Assembly (NCBI GenBank): GCA_038087875.1
Contig: JAXLNO010000461.1
Span: 1 to 64,000, forward strand
Direction: 5' to 3'
DNA from: Malacoraja senta
Taxonomy: Eukaryota
DNA length: 64,000 bases
In this document: piece by piece, positions 24,752 through 36,949 of the stretch
How the letters are laid out: each line of letters starts with the position of its first letter
Numbering within the stretch: the first letter of the stretch is position 1
Position numbers and translations under genes: made by a program
The notes under the pieces: model-generated
Told to the model about the DNA's origin: nothing
The model's input: only the letters and a program-made list of their open reading frames with translations
Database searches by the model: none

Positions 24752-27700
24752 AAAATAGTAAGATTAAACGAGAACTTACCAGTTTGAAGTTTGATCTTTA
24801 TTTTATGAGGAGTAACGTTGAGGGATTACGTGAAGACCCCGCCAGCACGCATGCGTCAATCTTCAAAGCAGCGGTGTGAAATCACAGACAACAATTATTG
24901 AACTAAACTTAGTAAGATAAGAGAAACTAGAATGCCAGTTGACCTTTATGATAAAGGGTGGGCGTGGAGGGCACGTAATCCCTCAACGTTACTCCTCATA
25001 AAATAAAGATCAAACTTCAAACTGGTAAGTTCTCGTTTAATCTTACTATTTTACTTCGGAGTCACGTGAGTGACTACGTGAAGATTTTAAAGCTCTGTGA
25101 TTTCATGCCGTGGAAACGAGTCCAGGCGTCATACACTGCATCAGTAGGCCAATGATGAGTGAACATTAATAATGCATTCAGACATGACATAGATATGGAC
25201 ATGTTGATGCTATTAATGAACAATAGTGGCAATAGTAACCTCCCTCAACCAGGAGGAAGTTATGAAACAGACCTAACATAGAGTTGGCAAATATCCCCGA
25301 TCTGGCAATGGGTTTATTCTGAATATTTGGACAGATCGTTAGTTTAACCATCCTGCAGCCGCTAGGATATAGTCCATAACCCTGCTGCTGAGGTGTTGCG
25401 GTCCTGTTGGAGTGAGACTCAAAATGTCAATGTTCACTCCTGTATAAGCCAGACCCATTTAACCCCCTGGAGAAGGTCTGTAGTGATACCTTCTAACGAG
25501 GTTTTATGTAACTAACAATATTGCTAGTCAGAGTCTATAAGGCTCTTAGGGACCTTGACATACTGGTGTAGATGCGTGATCACACACAACCCAAGGTCCA
25601 TGGGATGTGCAACATCTAGTTTGGTCTATGTCCCTGTCTACTCTGCTTGACTTAATCATAAACATAACATGTTATTATTGCCCGCAGATATGATCATCCT
25701 ATCCAGTGTAGCAATGACTGGACCCGTTGCGCTGTACTCAGCGCCATGGCATAACCACTAGTAAGTGATTTTGACCAAGGACAGGGATGTTGTTGGAGCC
25801 CATCAGCGAAGTGACGTCGCACAATGTTAACAACCCATATCTCTGCGTCCCTAGGCCTGGGAGGTTTTATGTTGACGATACCCTTCATAATCTAGATGTC
25901 AGAGGGTGAGACCTGACAGAGTGGTTTCTGTTCCCCGCAACCAAATGATGAGGAGGTACTTCAGGCACAGTAAATGGAACTTTAACTTAATGCTATAAAA
26001 TGCCATATAAACTGAATTTCAAGGCGTCAGTCATCCGTGCCAAGTTAAATGTAAATAAGTATAAACAATACCTCCCATCTCCTTATGAGGAATGCTGCTA
26101 TTTGGTGCTATCCCTGCAATCTGCAGTGAGCACTTCCAAGTCTTTTGATTAAACAACCCGAGCCACAGGAATGGTCTCTCAAAGTCTGCAAGTCAATGAA
26201 TTGATATATCATGCAGAGGATGGTTTCCACATCACAGCTGAACCAGCAATTTTTTATGTCCAGAAATAACCATGTAAGGTTTTATGATCATTCCCCACAT
26301 CAGCGGGAACCATGGGTATATAAACCAGGCAGGCACTACAAAGCGGGAAGCTTGCTGAATTTTGCAAGACCCATCTAATTAGGCCAAATGGAGGAAGACA
26401 TAAAAGAACATTCCTCCCTAGTGTAACGAGAATGCACCCATCGCCATTGATATGCCTCGTATTTTCTGCAATTGGTGAATGAGCCTGGATGCAAACATCT
26501 CGATCGTTAGTGTTCCATCGAGCCACAAAGTCATTAAATACTTTGTGATCGCACATCCATTCTGTGTTGGCATTGATTTTACATGATAATACACCAGTGC
26601 TAAATGCGGTTAGGTAAACTATCACCGGATACTTTGATTTGATTGCACCCTTGTGATTAACATATACCACCACCAAAGTATATCACCTGGGACGTGTGGA
26701 TGCAGATTATGCATATTCACACACCCTTTAATGTACAGAATGCACCTGGTGTCCATTGGCAGTTGATACCATAACTGAACAATTGATAACTCATGCTAAT
26801 CCCATCTGCCTCCGTAACTAGAGATGGTATTAGTAATTTTCCATCTTTGAGTAATAGCATCAGTTTGGAATTGACTGAAGATTTACGGATGAAAGGTTTA
26901 ATGGAGCAACGCTGAATACTGTTTCATCCACCATTGTGACTTTGATAGTTTCAGCTGGGAATAGCAGAGGTCTAATCTTTTGTCTCAGAGCGGAGTCCCA
27001 GACAAATGAATGGATTAATTGTATCCCAATAATCAATAATTTCAGTTGGTGTCAACTTAACTTGAATTTAACTGGACGGATGAGAAACCCAATTTCTCAA
27101 ATATAGCTATGTGGCTGATAAGGCTAATTTAGCAAAATACAGTATGTTCAATATCATCCAGGTTGGCCATAACACTTGTTTGTTTGCTCTGTGCAGTCGA
27201 AGCACTGATTGTAGTGATTTGGTAAATAACCTGGGAGCTGAAGTTAGCCCATTTTGCAACTCTTCTGAGTGTATCATTGCCTCATCCAGCTAAATTTCAA
27301 ATATCTCCGAAGCCTGTGAGCGGAAATGATCACATGGAAGTTATTCAGAAATGTCTATACTGCACATGCGGGTTGAAGCTGTTGACAATGAACAGTCCAC
27401 ATCTCCCATAATTGCGAGGCTGCCTTGAAAGGCAACTCCAACCATACATGCTAATCTCATGTTATCCCAAACCAGTATAAATATTCAAACCAGTGTAAAT
27501 ATTACCAACTTGTATCCGTGACAGGAGGCATCATCGATGTGGCTCCATACCTTCACACCGCCGGATGGGGAACTTCCAGGAGTTGCCTCAATCAGCTTCA
27601 TCCTTCCACATCCGAATGGGAGGACTTATGCAACCCGACCCAGGAGCTGCCTCAACCATGTGTGCATGATTTTTGTACCTTCTGCTCCTGGGAGGTAGAG

Positions 27701-29372
27701 GAGCTTGAGTACGGGGTTGGCGCATCTTCCAGGAAGGCCGTTCTGGGCCATGGCCTGAAAAAGACCTTTGTCCTGGTTGTATGGCCTTCAAGCTTTCACC
27801 AGCTTCAGTGTATCGTGGTTTGCTGGTGGGTGCATAGGGGTGCTGCCGCCGGAGATGTGAGGTCTTGCCTGATGATGTGGCCTTCATGAGCCCGACAGCC
27901 CTCATCGAGCTTCTTGACCTGTTTCAACAGGTTGCCCCCAAATGGCAATATCAGTGGTTATGTGTTACTGGTCTTACACAGTCCTGCAAATTTGGGGTCC
28001 CCAGATAGCTGTTCACCGCAGGGACACTGAGAGAAACACAGTTCCCTGGTGCTGGGTATTTGGTAGTTGTCATTCACAGCCTGGTCCTGCTACTGGTTGT
28101 GTTGTTCCAGCACCCCCAGCACACTTGTGGTGTCTTCAGCCAAACCCCTGTCTTCAGAGTCAGCCCAGAAGTGACTCCTAATGCTCCCCTCTGTCGAGGG
28201 AGATGCATTATGCAGCACTCTATAAGGTGCTGCCATGGGCGTCCTAGGACCCCATGGTGACTAGACTCCATATACCGGAGCATGTCACGTTGGAGCATCT
28301 GCTCCATCAACCGCTCCATGCGGGATATGCGATCACAGTCACTGCCCGCCGGCGGTGAGTCTTCACAGCCCGACTCGTCCGAGCCTTCGGGCCTGTCCGA
28401 CTTCTGCTAGGCCTTCCCGCCAGTCTGTGGTGTCGATTCGGACTGTGCAGGTGCCAGGTCGGAGACTGCTGATCGAATAGCGATCCAGGTGCAGCCGACC
28501 GCTGCTGACTGCCCGCACTTCCGCGGTCCTCCACAGTCAGTCTGGATGCGGTCCATTTGGACAGTCCATGGTTCCTTTCCTGTAACACAATTCTCACAGA
28601 AAATAGAACAAAATGACCTTAGAGTAAAGAATTTACCTGCAGGTCCTGAACCTTCTGCTGGGGGGGCAACGCCCCTCCCCCCCCCCTCCCCGAGCTTAGT
28701 CTCGTGGTCCCTGTAGAAGGGCTTCCCCGCGATATTCATTGTCGGGTTTTTCTCACCCGAGCTTGGTATTCCTGTTGTAGCTATAGCCGGGATTTCCTCC
28801 GCGGTCCCTTATAGAAGGGCTTCTCCGCGATGTTTACAGTCGGGGCTCCCCCCCCCCCCCCCCCGCGAGCTGGGTTTCCCCGCATTAACTGCAGCCGGGA
28901 TATCCCCGCGGTCCCTATAAAAGTGAATGCCGTGATATACATAGTCGGGGGGTATCCCCGCTGTGTTTGTCCAGTTGCCACCGGCACCAGTATGAAGCCG
29001 CTGGCTCCACCGCCAGCGGCTCGAAAGGCGAATTCACCGCCGCCCGCTACCCGCATTCCGCGGTCTTCCAATTGGGTTCCCTTGGTCCGTGGGCGGGATT
29101 CCCCGAGATCGTGACCGGGATTCCCTGTAGTCCGTGACTGGGGTTCCCCCCTCCGTCCGGACTTCGCCCCGGACTTTAGCAGGACCTCTAAGTAGAGGTT
29201 CCTGCAAGAAGACATAACCTGGAAAAAGTTTAAAAACCTACCTTCAGGTCTGACCGCTGGCAGGAGCATCATGCCCCCCCGCCAGTCGTACACAATGCGA
29301 TAGACGATATGACACGCATGCGTGCTGGCGGGGTCTTCACGTAGCCACTCACGTGACTCCGAAGTAAAATAG
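24752..29372 (-). mobile_element. DIRS1-like tyrosine-recombinase retrotransposon with complete termini and decayed ORFs
   Basis: 30-bp ITR at 24827-24856 and 29314-29343; ICR at 24972-25084 complementary to both termini. Minus-strand remnants: RT (LQNGLTSAPRLFTK ~27220-27260; MANLDDI ~27150-27170), MT-like LPPFGLI (~26380-26400), YR (SHSNR ~25405; DYILAAAGW ~25348-25375). Confidence 0.93.
24972..25084. repeat. DIRS internal complementary region (ICR)
   Basis: 24972-25052 is the reverse complement of 24752-24832. 25046-25084 is the reverse complement of ~29334-29372 with 1 mismatch. Confidence 0.93.
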
Positions 29373-29476
29373 ACAATAGACAATGTCTTCGAGCCAGCAC
29401 TGCCATTCAATGTGATTATGGCTGATCATCCCCAATCAGTACCCCGTTCCTGCCTTCTCCCCATATCCCCTGATGA
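29373..29476 (-). mobile_element. Short CR1 3' end, host of the DIRS insertion
   Basis: Reverse complement of the CR1 3' UTR seen at 18060-18190; apparent TSD TATTATAA at 24741-24748 and 29477-29484. Confidence 0.8.
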
Positions 29477-30114
29477 TATTATAACTGGACAGTTAGAAAA
29501 TCTCTTGCTGATATTCAACATTAACATGGATTTATGAAAGGGAAACTCAGGCGAGAAATCTACTGGAGATATCTGAAGTTGTTAGCTGAAGATGAATGTA
29601 TTGGAGGTTTCTGAAGATAACTGCTTAAGAAGAACCACCGAATGTGGTGTATTTGTATTTTCAAACGGTCTTTGATAAAAACAAACTGGTGGACATCCTC
29701 AGCGGATTGAATATTATCTGTTGAGGGAATGGAATTGTCAACGTTTTGGGATGAGACCCTGCATCTGTCCTGATTTGGGGTCTCTACCAGAAACATGAAT
29801 ACTTTTTTGCTCCAGATTCCGGCATCTGCAGTCTCTTGTGTCTACAGGACCTTGATAAAGTCTTACTTCAGAGGTTATTGTGGAAAAATAATATACCTGT
29901 GCTTGGAGATAATATACTAGCATTTATTGGAAATGGTGTAGGAATAAATTGGGTTTTTGTTGAGGTGACTGGGAAGCAAGTAGTGGGATACGACATAGAT
30001 TAGTGTTTAGAGCTCTGTACATCTGTCACTGAAAAGAAACATAGTGGTGAAGCAGGCAGTTGAGAAGGGAATTGTACATTCTCCTTCATCACAAGAGATT
30101 TTGAGTTAAGGAGT

Positions 30115-30605
30115 AAGTCAAGTCAAGTCAAGTCAAGTTTATTCGTCACATACACATACGAGATGTGCAGTGAAATGAAAAGTGGCAATGCTCACGGACT
30201 TTGTGCGAAAAACAAACAAACAAACAAACAAACTACAAACAGAACCACATATTCTTTTACATATTACATATCGTGGGAGGAAGGAAAAAGGGAAAAAAAA
30301 CAACAAAAACAGCAATTTAAAAAACACAGTAGAGTGGTCCAGTAAAGTTAGTCCCTGGTGAAGTAGGAGTTTACAGTCCTAATGGCCTCTGGGAAGAAAC
30401 TCCTTCTCAACCTCTCCGTTCTCACAGCCTGGCAACGGAGGCGTTTGCCTGACTGTAGCAGCTGGAACAGTCCGTTGCAGAGGTGGAAGGGGTCTCCCAT
30501 GATCTTATTGGCTCTGGAGTTGCACCTTCTGATGTATAGTTCCTGCAGAGGGGCGAGTGAAGTTCCCATAGTGCGTTCGGCCGAACGCACTACTCTCTGC
30601 AGAGT
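30115..30605 (-). mobile_element. Rex1/Babar-type LINE 3' end with (ACTTG)n tail, inside an old CR1
   Basis: LQRVVRSAER...GDPFHLCNGLFQLLQSGKRLR...RSFFPEAIR; (AAGTC)n at the left end. Confidence 0.88.
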
Positions 30606-32689
30606 AAGGATGTTTTGCTCCAATATTTAGAACCTGCATCATGAGTATTGTATGTAGATTTGCTCTTAATATCTAACAAAGAACACGTGTTGCACAAATG
30701 CAGTAAAGATTCATCAGACTAATTCCTGAGATGGTGTCAGTATTGCTTAAGAAAATGTTGGGTGCACTCAGCCTGTGTGAATTCAAGTTTGGAAGAATGA
30801 AAGGAGATTCTATTGAAATCAGTTTCTTGCCAGCTGTTATCAGGCAACTGACTCATCCTACCACAACTAGAGAGCAGTGGTGAACTACTGTCTACCTCTT
30901 TGGTGACCCTCGGACTACCCTTGATCGGACTTTGCTGAATTAACCTTGCATTAAATGTAGTTCCCTTAGCATGTATATATACACTGCAAATGGATCGATT
31001 GTATTCATGTATTGTCTTTCTGCTGACTGGAGAGAACGCAACAAAAATGCTTTTCACTGTACCTCAGTACACGTGATAATAAACTAAACTAAAATAAACT
31101 GAAATATATGGAATTGGGAATGGGAGGACGGGAGAATATTGTTCCTGGTTTTGTGTGTGGGGGAGGGTGTGGATGGAGTTTCGAGAAATGTGATCACAGT
31201 TGCAGGATTGGGAGTAAGATACTGTATGTGGAACTGAGATGACGAGAAATTTCTTGACTCATACAGTGGTGATCTTGTGAAATTCTTCAGCAAAGAAGGA
31301 TGTGAAGACCAAGACGCAGAATGTGAGGGCTAAGAAGGAGGGAGTTCATTTGTCACAGAGGCATCAGGGGGTATTCAATGAGGATATACAATGTTGAGCT
31401 ACGTGAACAACCATGATTGTACTGAACTGTGGAATAAGCTTAACGGGCCAAATATCTGCTTCAACCGCAAATGTCTATATTTCTATTTTTCCAACAGCAA
31501 CCCCCAGAATATTGATGATTGGAGAGTCAACTATATAATGTGTCTGTCACTAAGAAAGTAGGTAGGTTCTTAATAGAGCATTTTATCCAGAGTAAATCTG
31601 CTTAATACTACTGTCCACAACACTAATGGCTAAGAGTGAGATGTATACTGGAATTTATTTCAAGAAGAGCACTCAGAAGGCACTTTGAAAGAACTTGTGT
31701 GTCATACACACTTGTGCTTAATATTTACTGGGTAACTCTGCCGCAAGCCACCGCCCTGCGCTCACTCCCCATATACACTGCTAACTGAGAGTAGGATGAC
31801 AGGAGAGTAATTATCCAGACTAGATTTGTCCTGCTATATGTGGACAGGTTGCCTTGGGTGATTAAACCATTTATACAATCCAGGGATTGATGCTTTCATT
31901 ATAAAATTGCTTTTAAAATGAATGCAGGTTAAGTTGTCTTTATACGAGACGGTGAACTATTTGCAACATTAATTTGAGCTGTCACATCACTTCTGGCGCA
32001 TGGTGTGATGGCACCAATACACTTGAATTACAATAATTAATGGAAGATATGCATTGCAATATTCACGACATCTCGCCTTTGTTCTTATAGTTACCACTGC
32101 TGACATTATATCTTGCAGCTTTCTAAAATTCATTCAGTTTCTTCCAGACATTATCCTGAGCTTGAAAAAAACAGAAAACTGAATTCACTCAGCCACTGCA
32201 TCTCACAGGACAACATGTCAACTGCCTTGGTGATGATGAACTCTTTATTGTGAAATAATTTTTTGTATCCAACTTTTCATTGATTAATTCCATGAGTGAC
32301 GTGCCAGTGAAACCTGAATCTCAATGATAGTAGTATGTAGATGCCAGGCACAAACAGCTAAAAGAGTGCACATCATCTCATTCTTCAAACAAACCTGCCC
32401 CATTTTGCCCCACATGTGAGAGTACTTGAGTCTCATGTTTACCTCATTAGCTCTCATGACATGAAGCAAGTCAGCCTTGGCCCCAAGGGACTGCCTACAA
32501 TGTCAAATTGGGAACGTCAAAGGCAATTAGGAGCAAACAGTAGGCATAGCTGGACCCCATGCAAGTGTCCATGGCTACACCTTTATATCTCCCACCCCCC
32601 ACGGATGTCCCTGGCAGACCCATTGTTTCTGCCTGCTCCTGCCCACTGACTCATCTCCACATACCTTGATTCCATCTCATTCTCCGCTT

Positions 32690-33098
32690 ATCCAGTCCCT
32701 TCCAACCAACATCCAAGACACTTCACACACCCTTCAATTCTTCAATAACTTTTAATTTCTAGGCCCCCATTGCCTCATCTTTACCATAGATGTCCAGTCC
32801 CTTTACACCTCCATCCCCCACCAGAAAGGTCTCAAGGCCCTACAGTTCTTCATCGCACACAGGCCCAATCAATTTCCCTCAACTAACATTCACCTCTACC
32901 TAGTGGAACTTGACCTCACCCTCAACAATTTATCTTTTCATTCCTCTCACTATCTCCAAGTTAAAGGTGTAGCCAAGGGCATTCAAATGGGCCCCAGCTA
33001 AGGCTGTATTTTTGTTGGGTACATTGAACAGTTTTTTATTCCAAGCACGCACTGGCATCAACCCCCAATTCTTTCTCCACTACATCGATGACTGCTTT
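32690..33098 (+). mobile_element. Degenerate Penelope RT fragment
   Basis: IFTIDVQSLYTSIPH and HYIDDC, similar to 47185-47500. Confidence 0.85.
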
Positions 33099-33689
33099 TA
33101 TTCATTACACATCTTATTCATCATAGTCCACCTGCCACTTTTTGCATCCATTCTCTAAGCTTGTCCATGTCACTAAACACTTACTCTGTCTTGTATTGGT
33201 TGAGTTGGTTCTATTCCCCGAAATGAAGAACTCTCAGTTTTGCTTATTCTGGCAAGTCATAATTTAAGGAGAAATTAAACTAATTCTTCCAGTGAGTTAG
33301 ATCTTGGGTAAAGTGAGAACTTTCAGTTCTTTTCTCTTTTCGTGTTCAGCAAATATTTCAATATATATGTGAAATGTTATTTGTAGCACCATCATTACTG
33401 ATTGCAACATTGAGCCAGATTAACATTTAAATGAACAATCAAAGTGAGCAGGTAATCAATATGGTCTGGTTTTATTAATTAATCACCTTCAATATTGTAA
33501 TAGTACTTCCAGCAACCACTTAATTAGGTTTGACCACAGACTTCCAATTATGAATTTTGCATTTCGGTAATTCATAGTTTAAAAACAAAACAAAATATCT
33601 CTTTGCAAATCATTTGCTGAATTGGCAGATCAGAACTGTACTCTAGGTAATTGTAAATTAACTTGAGCTTATAGATATATATATAAAGT

Positions 33690-34490
33690 ATTGAGAGGAA
33701 TAGATAGGAGAAATATACAGAAATACCCTAGAGGGTGTGAGCTATAGGGAGAGGTTGAGTAGGCTTGGTATCTACTCCGTGGAGCAGAGGATGAGGGGTG
33801 ATCTTACAGAGGTGCATAAAATCATGAGAGGAATAGATTGGGTAGATGCACAGAGTCTCTTGCCCAGAGTAGGGGATTCGAGGACCAGAGGACATACAGT
33901 AGGTTCAAGGAGAAGGGGAAAAGATTTAATAGGAACTTGAGGAGTAACTTTATCGCACAAAGGGTGGTGGGTGTATGGAACAAGCTGCCAGAGGAGGTAG
34001 TTGAGTCTGGGACCATCCCAACGTTTAAGAAACAGTTAGACAGGTACATGGATAGGACAGGTTTGGAGGGATATGGACCAAGCGGAGGCAGGTGGGACTA
34101 GTGTAGCAGGGACATGTTGGCCGGTGTGGGCAGGTTGGGCCGAAGGGCCTGTTTCCACACTGTATCACTCTCTGACTATCTATGACAGAGGAATCAAGAA
34201 TTGGAGGGCACAGTTATAAGGTGAGAGGGGGAATTTAATAGGAACCCCAGGGGAAACTTTTTCACACAGTGAGTGGTGGAATGTGGAACAAGCTGCTAGA
34301 AGAAGTAGTTGAGGCGGGTACAATAACAACATTTAAAAGACGTTTAGACAGGGACAAGGCTAGGGAAGGTTAAGAGGGATATGAGGCAAAAGCATGCAAA
34401 TTGAACCATCTTGGTCATCTTGGTTGGCGTGGATGAGTTGGGCTGAAGGGCCTATTTCTGTGCTGCATGACTTCATGACTCTATGACTAA
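33690..34490 (+). mobile_element. Two nested CR1 3' ends
   Basis: SYRERLSRLGIYS...RGDLTEVHKIMRG, followed by a second CR1 3' end. Confidence 0.85.
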
Positions 34491-34744
34491 TGTTGCAATG
34501 ACAGGTGACCAAACTAAAGTATGTTTTCCTCCATAGATTCTGGCTGATTTGCTGAGAATTACAGGCAGACTATTTTATGATCTCTAGCACACACTATTTT
34601 TGCTTTGACGAAGAACAAAGATTAGTATAGCACAGGAATGCCTCTATTCCCTGCACTTCCATGGGCCTATCTAAAAGTCTCAAACGCCACAATCATATCT
34701 GTCTCCACCACCATCCCTGCCAATGCGTTTCAGACACCCACCAG

Positions 34745-35590
34745 AGAAAGCAGGGACTCTGCAGAAGGACTTGGACAGGTTGGGACAGTGGTAGTGGCAA
34801 ATGGAATACAGCGTAGGAAAGTGTGCAGTCATGCATTTTGGTACAAGTAAATGGGGAGAGAATTCAGAAATCAGGGGTGAAAAGGGACTTGGGAATGCTT
34901 GTGCAGGATTCCCAAAAGTTAATTTGCAAGTTGAAGTAAGCAAGGCAAACGGAATGACAGCATTTATTTCAAGAGGACTAGAATACAAAAACAGGGATGT
35001 AATGCCAAGGCTTTAATAAGGTGCTGGTCAGACCATATTTGGAGTATTGTGAGCAATTTTGGGCCCCATATCTGAGGAAGGATGTGCTAGTGCTGGAGAG
35101 GGTCCAGAGGAGGCTTACGAGAATGATCCCAGGAATGAGTGCATTAACGTATGTTGAGCATTTGACGGCGAAGGGCCTCTACTCACTGGAGTTCAGAAGG
35201 ATAAGAGGGACCTCATTAAAACTTACTAAATTGTGAAAGGCCTGGATAGAGTGGATGTGGAGAGGATGTTTCCACTAATGGGAAAGTCTAGGACCAGAGA
35301 ATATAGCCTCAGAATAAAAGGGTGTTCCTTTAGGAAAGAAATGAGGAGGAATCTATTTAGTCAGAAAGTGGTGAATCTGTAGAATTCTGCCATATAAGGC
35401 TGTGGAGGCTGTCAATTGATATTTTAAAGGCAGAGATAGACAGATTCTTCTGCAGGTGTCAGGGGTTACGGGGAGAAGGCAGGAGAATGGAGTTGAGAGG
35501 GAAAGATAGATAGGCAATAATTGAATGATGAGGTAGGCTTGATGGGCCAAATGACCTTATTCTGCTCCTATCACTTATGAACTTATGAAG
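34745..35590 (+). mobile_element. CR1 3' fragment
   Basis: KCAVMHFG and LVRPYLEYCEQFWAPYLRKD. Confidence 0.85.
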
Positions 35591-35599
35591 TCCATGTAA

Positions 35600-36010
35600 T
35601 AAACTTGTCTCGCACATCTCCGTGCAACTTTCCCCCTCTCACCTTATTGCTAAGCCATCTCCTTTTGGATATATCCACCCATTATAAAAGAGTCTACCCT
35701 ATCTATGCCTCTTATAGTTATATATCCTTCTATCATATCCCCTCAATCTCTGACCTTCCAGAGAAAACAATCCAAGTCTATCTAACCTCTACCTGTAGCT
35801 GAAACCTTTTAATCCCGGCAGCATTATGGTAAAACTCCTCTGCACCCTCTCCAAAGCCTCGACATCTTTCCTGTAATGAGGCAACCAGAACTGTATGCTA
35901 AACTCCAAATGTGGCCTAACCAAGTCCTAGAATACTGCATCATGACTTCCTCAGTACCCCTAGCCCCAGGGGTAGAGGTATCCCTAGCAATGAAGGCAAG
36001 CATACCATGT
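35600..36010 (-). mobile_element. Old CR1 fragment
   Basis: HGMLAFIAR and aaactccaaatgtggcctaacc. Confidence 0.65.
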
Positions 36011-36949
36011 ACCTTTTTGTGAGTTAAATAATAATAATTTCCCAGGTAATAATAAAACATATTATTTAAGATAACATTTCTTGAACATTAAGGTTACAAT
36101 ATATTTTTAACCAAGTATCATTGCAGTGTGAATCTAAAGGCTGATCAGCATGTTTTTCTTTCTGTAGACTATTGTAATAACTATTGGAAAATGGAGGTTT
36201 AATTTTCTCATTTGAGCAGCTTGAACCAAAGAATGCTGAAATGAAAATTGGTACAATAAGGATTTCAGAATTAATGCACACTGCCTTAAGTGAGAACTAT
36301 ACTTCAGATCACAAAGAAAATCACCATTTATTATTTACAGTGAGGAATATTTTAAAAGTATTGTATCTTTAAACTAGTCAACCTAAAGCGGTGCTCATGG
36401 GTTTTGCTCATTGCAATGACATAAAAACCGTTGTTGAGAAACCGTTTTGGACTACAGCAGCTGAACAGATCATTTAGCAAAACAATCCAATATCTTTCAT
36501 AAATAATGCACAATTTATAATTTAAATAATTTTTAAGCTCCACTTTGGGAAAATAAGAAGCATCTGAGGAATGAATGTTAGGAATCAGAATTATATTATT
36601 CTGGAAAGAGTTGAGGTCTTGTTTGATTTAAACTGAGAGAATCCCACCAGGAGTGGGCAGGCTTAGAGCTATGTCACAGCCTCAAGACACCACCAGTGCC
36701 CAACCTGATTCAAAGCCACTGCTGTGCCATTAAGAACTTCCAGATTATGAAATGGAGGATCCCAGCACAGCTTCCCATTCATCGATGTTTTTTTCATTTA
36801 ATGCTCAGGGTTCGAGTTTTGAAATTCATGGAAAACCAAAAATATTCAACATGGACTTGTTATTATGCAAAAATTGGTCTCCGAAATTCAACTATGGCGA
36901 CGGTGGCAGTGTGTACAGATTGCTGGAAAGATAATCTGGGGATATGATT

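Noticed and set aside
28781..29410. 209-aa minus-strand ORF
   Set aside because: It crosses the CR1/DIRS boundary and GC-rich leader repeats, so it is not a coherent gene.
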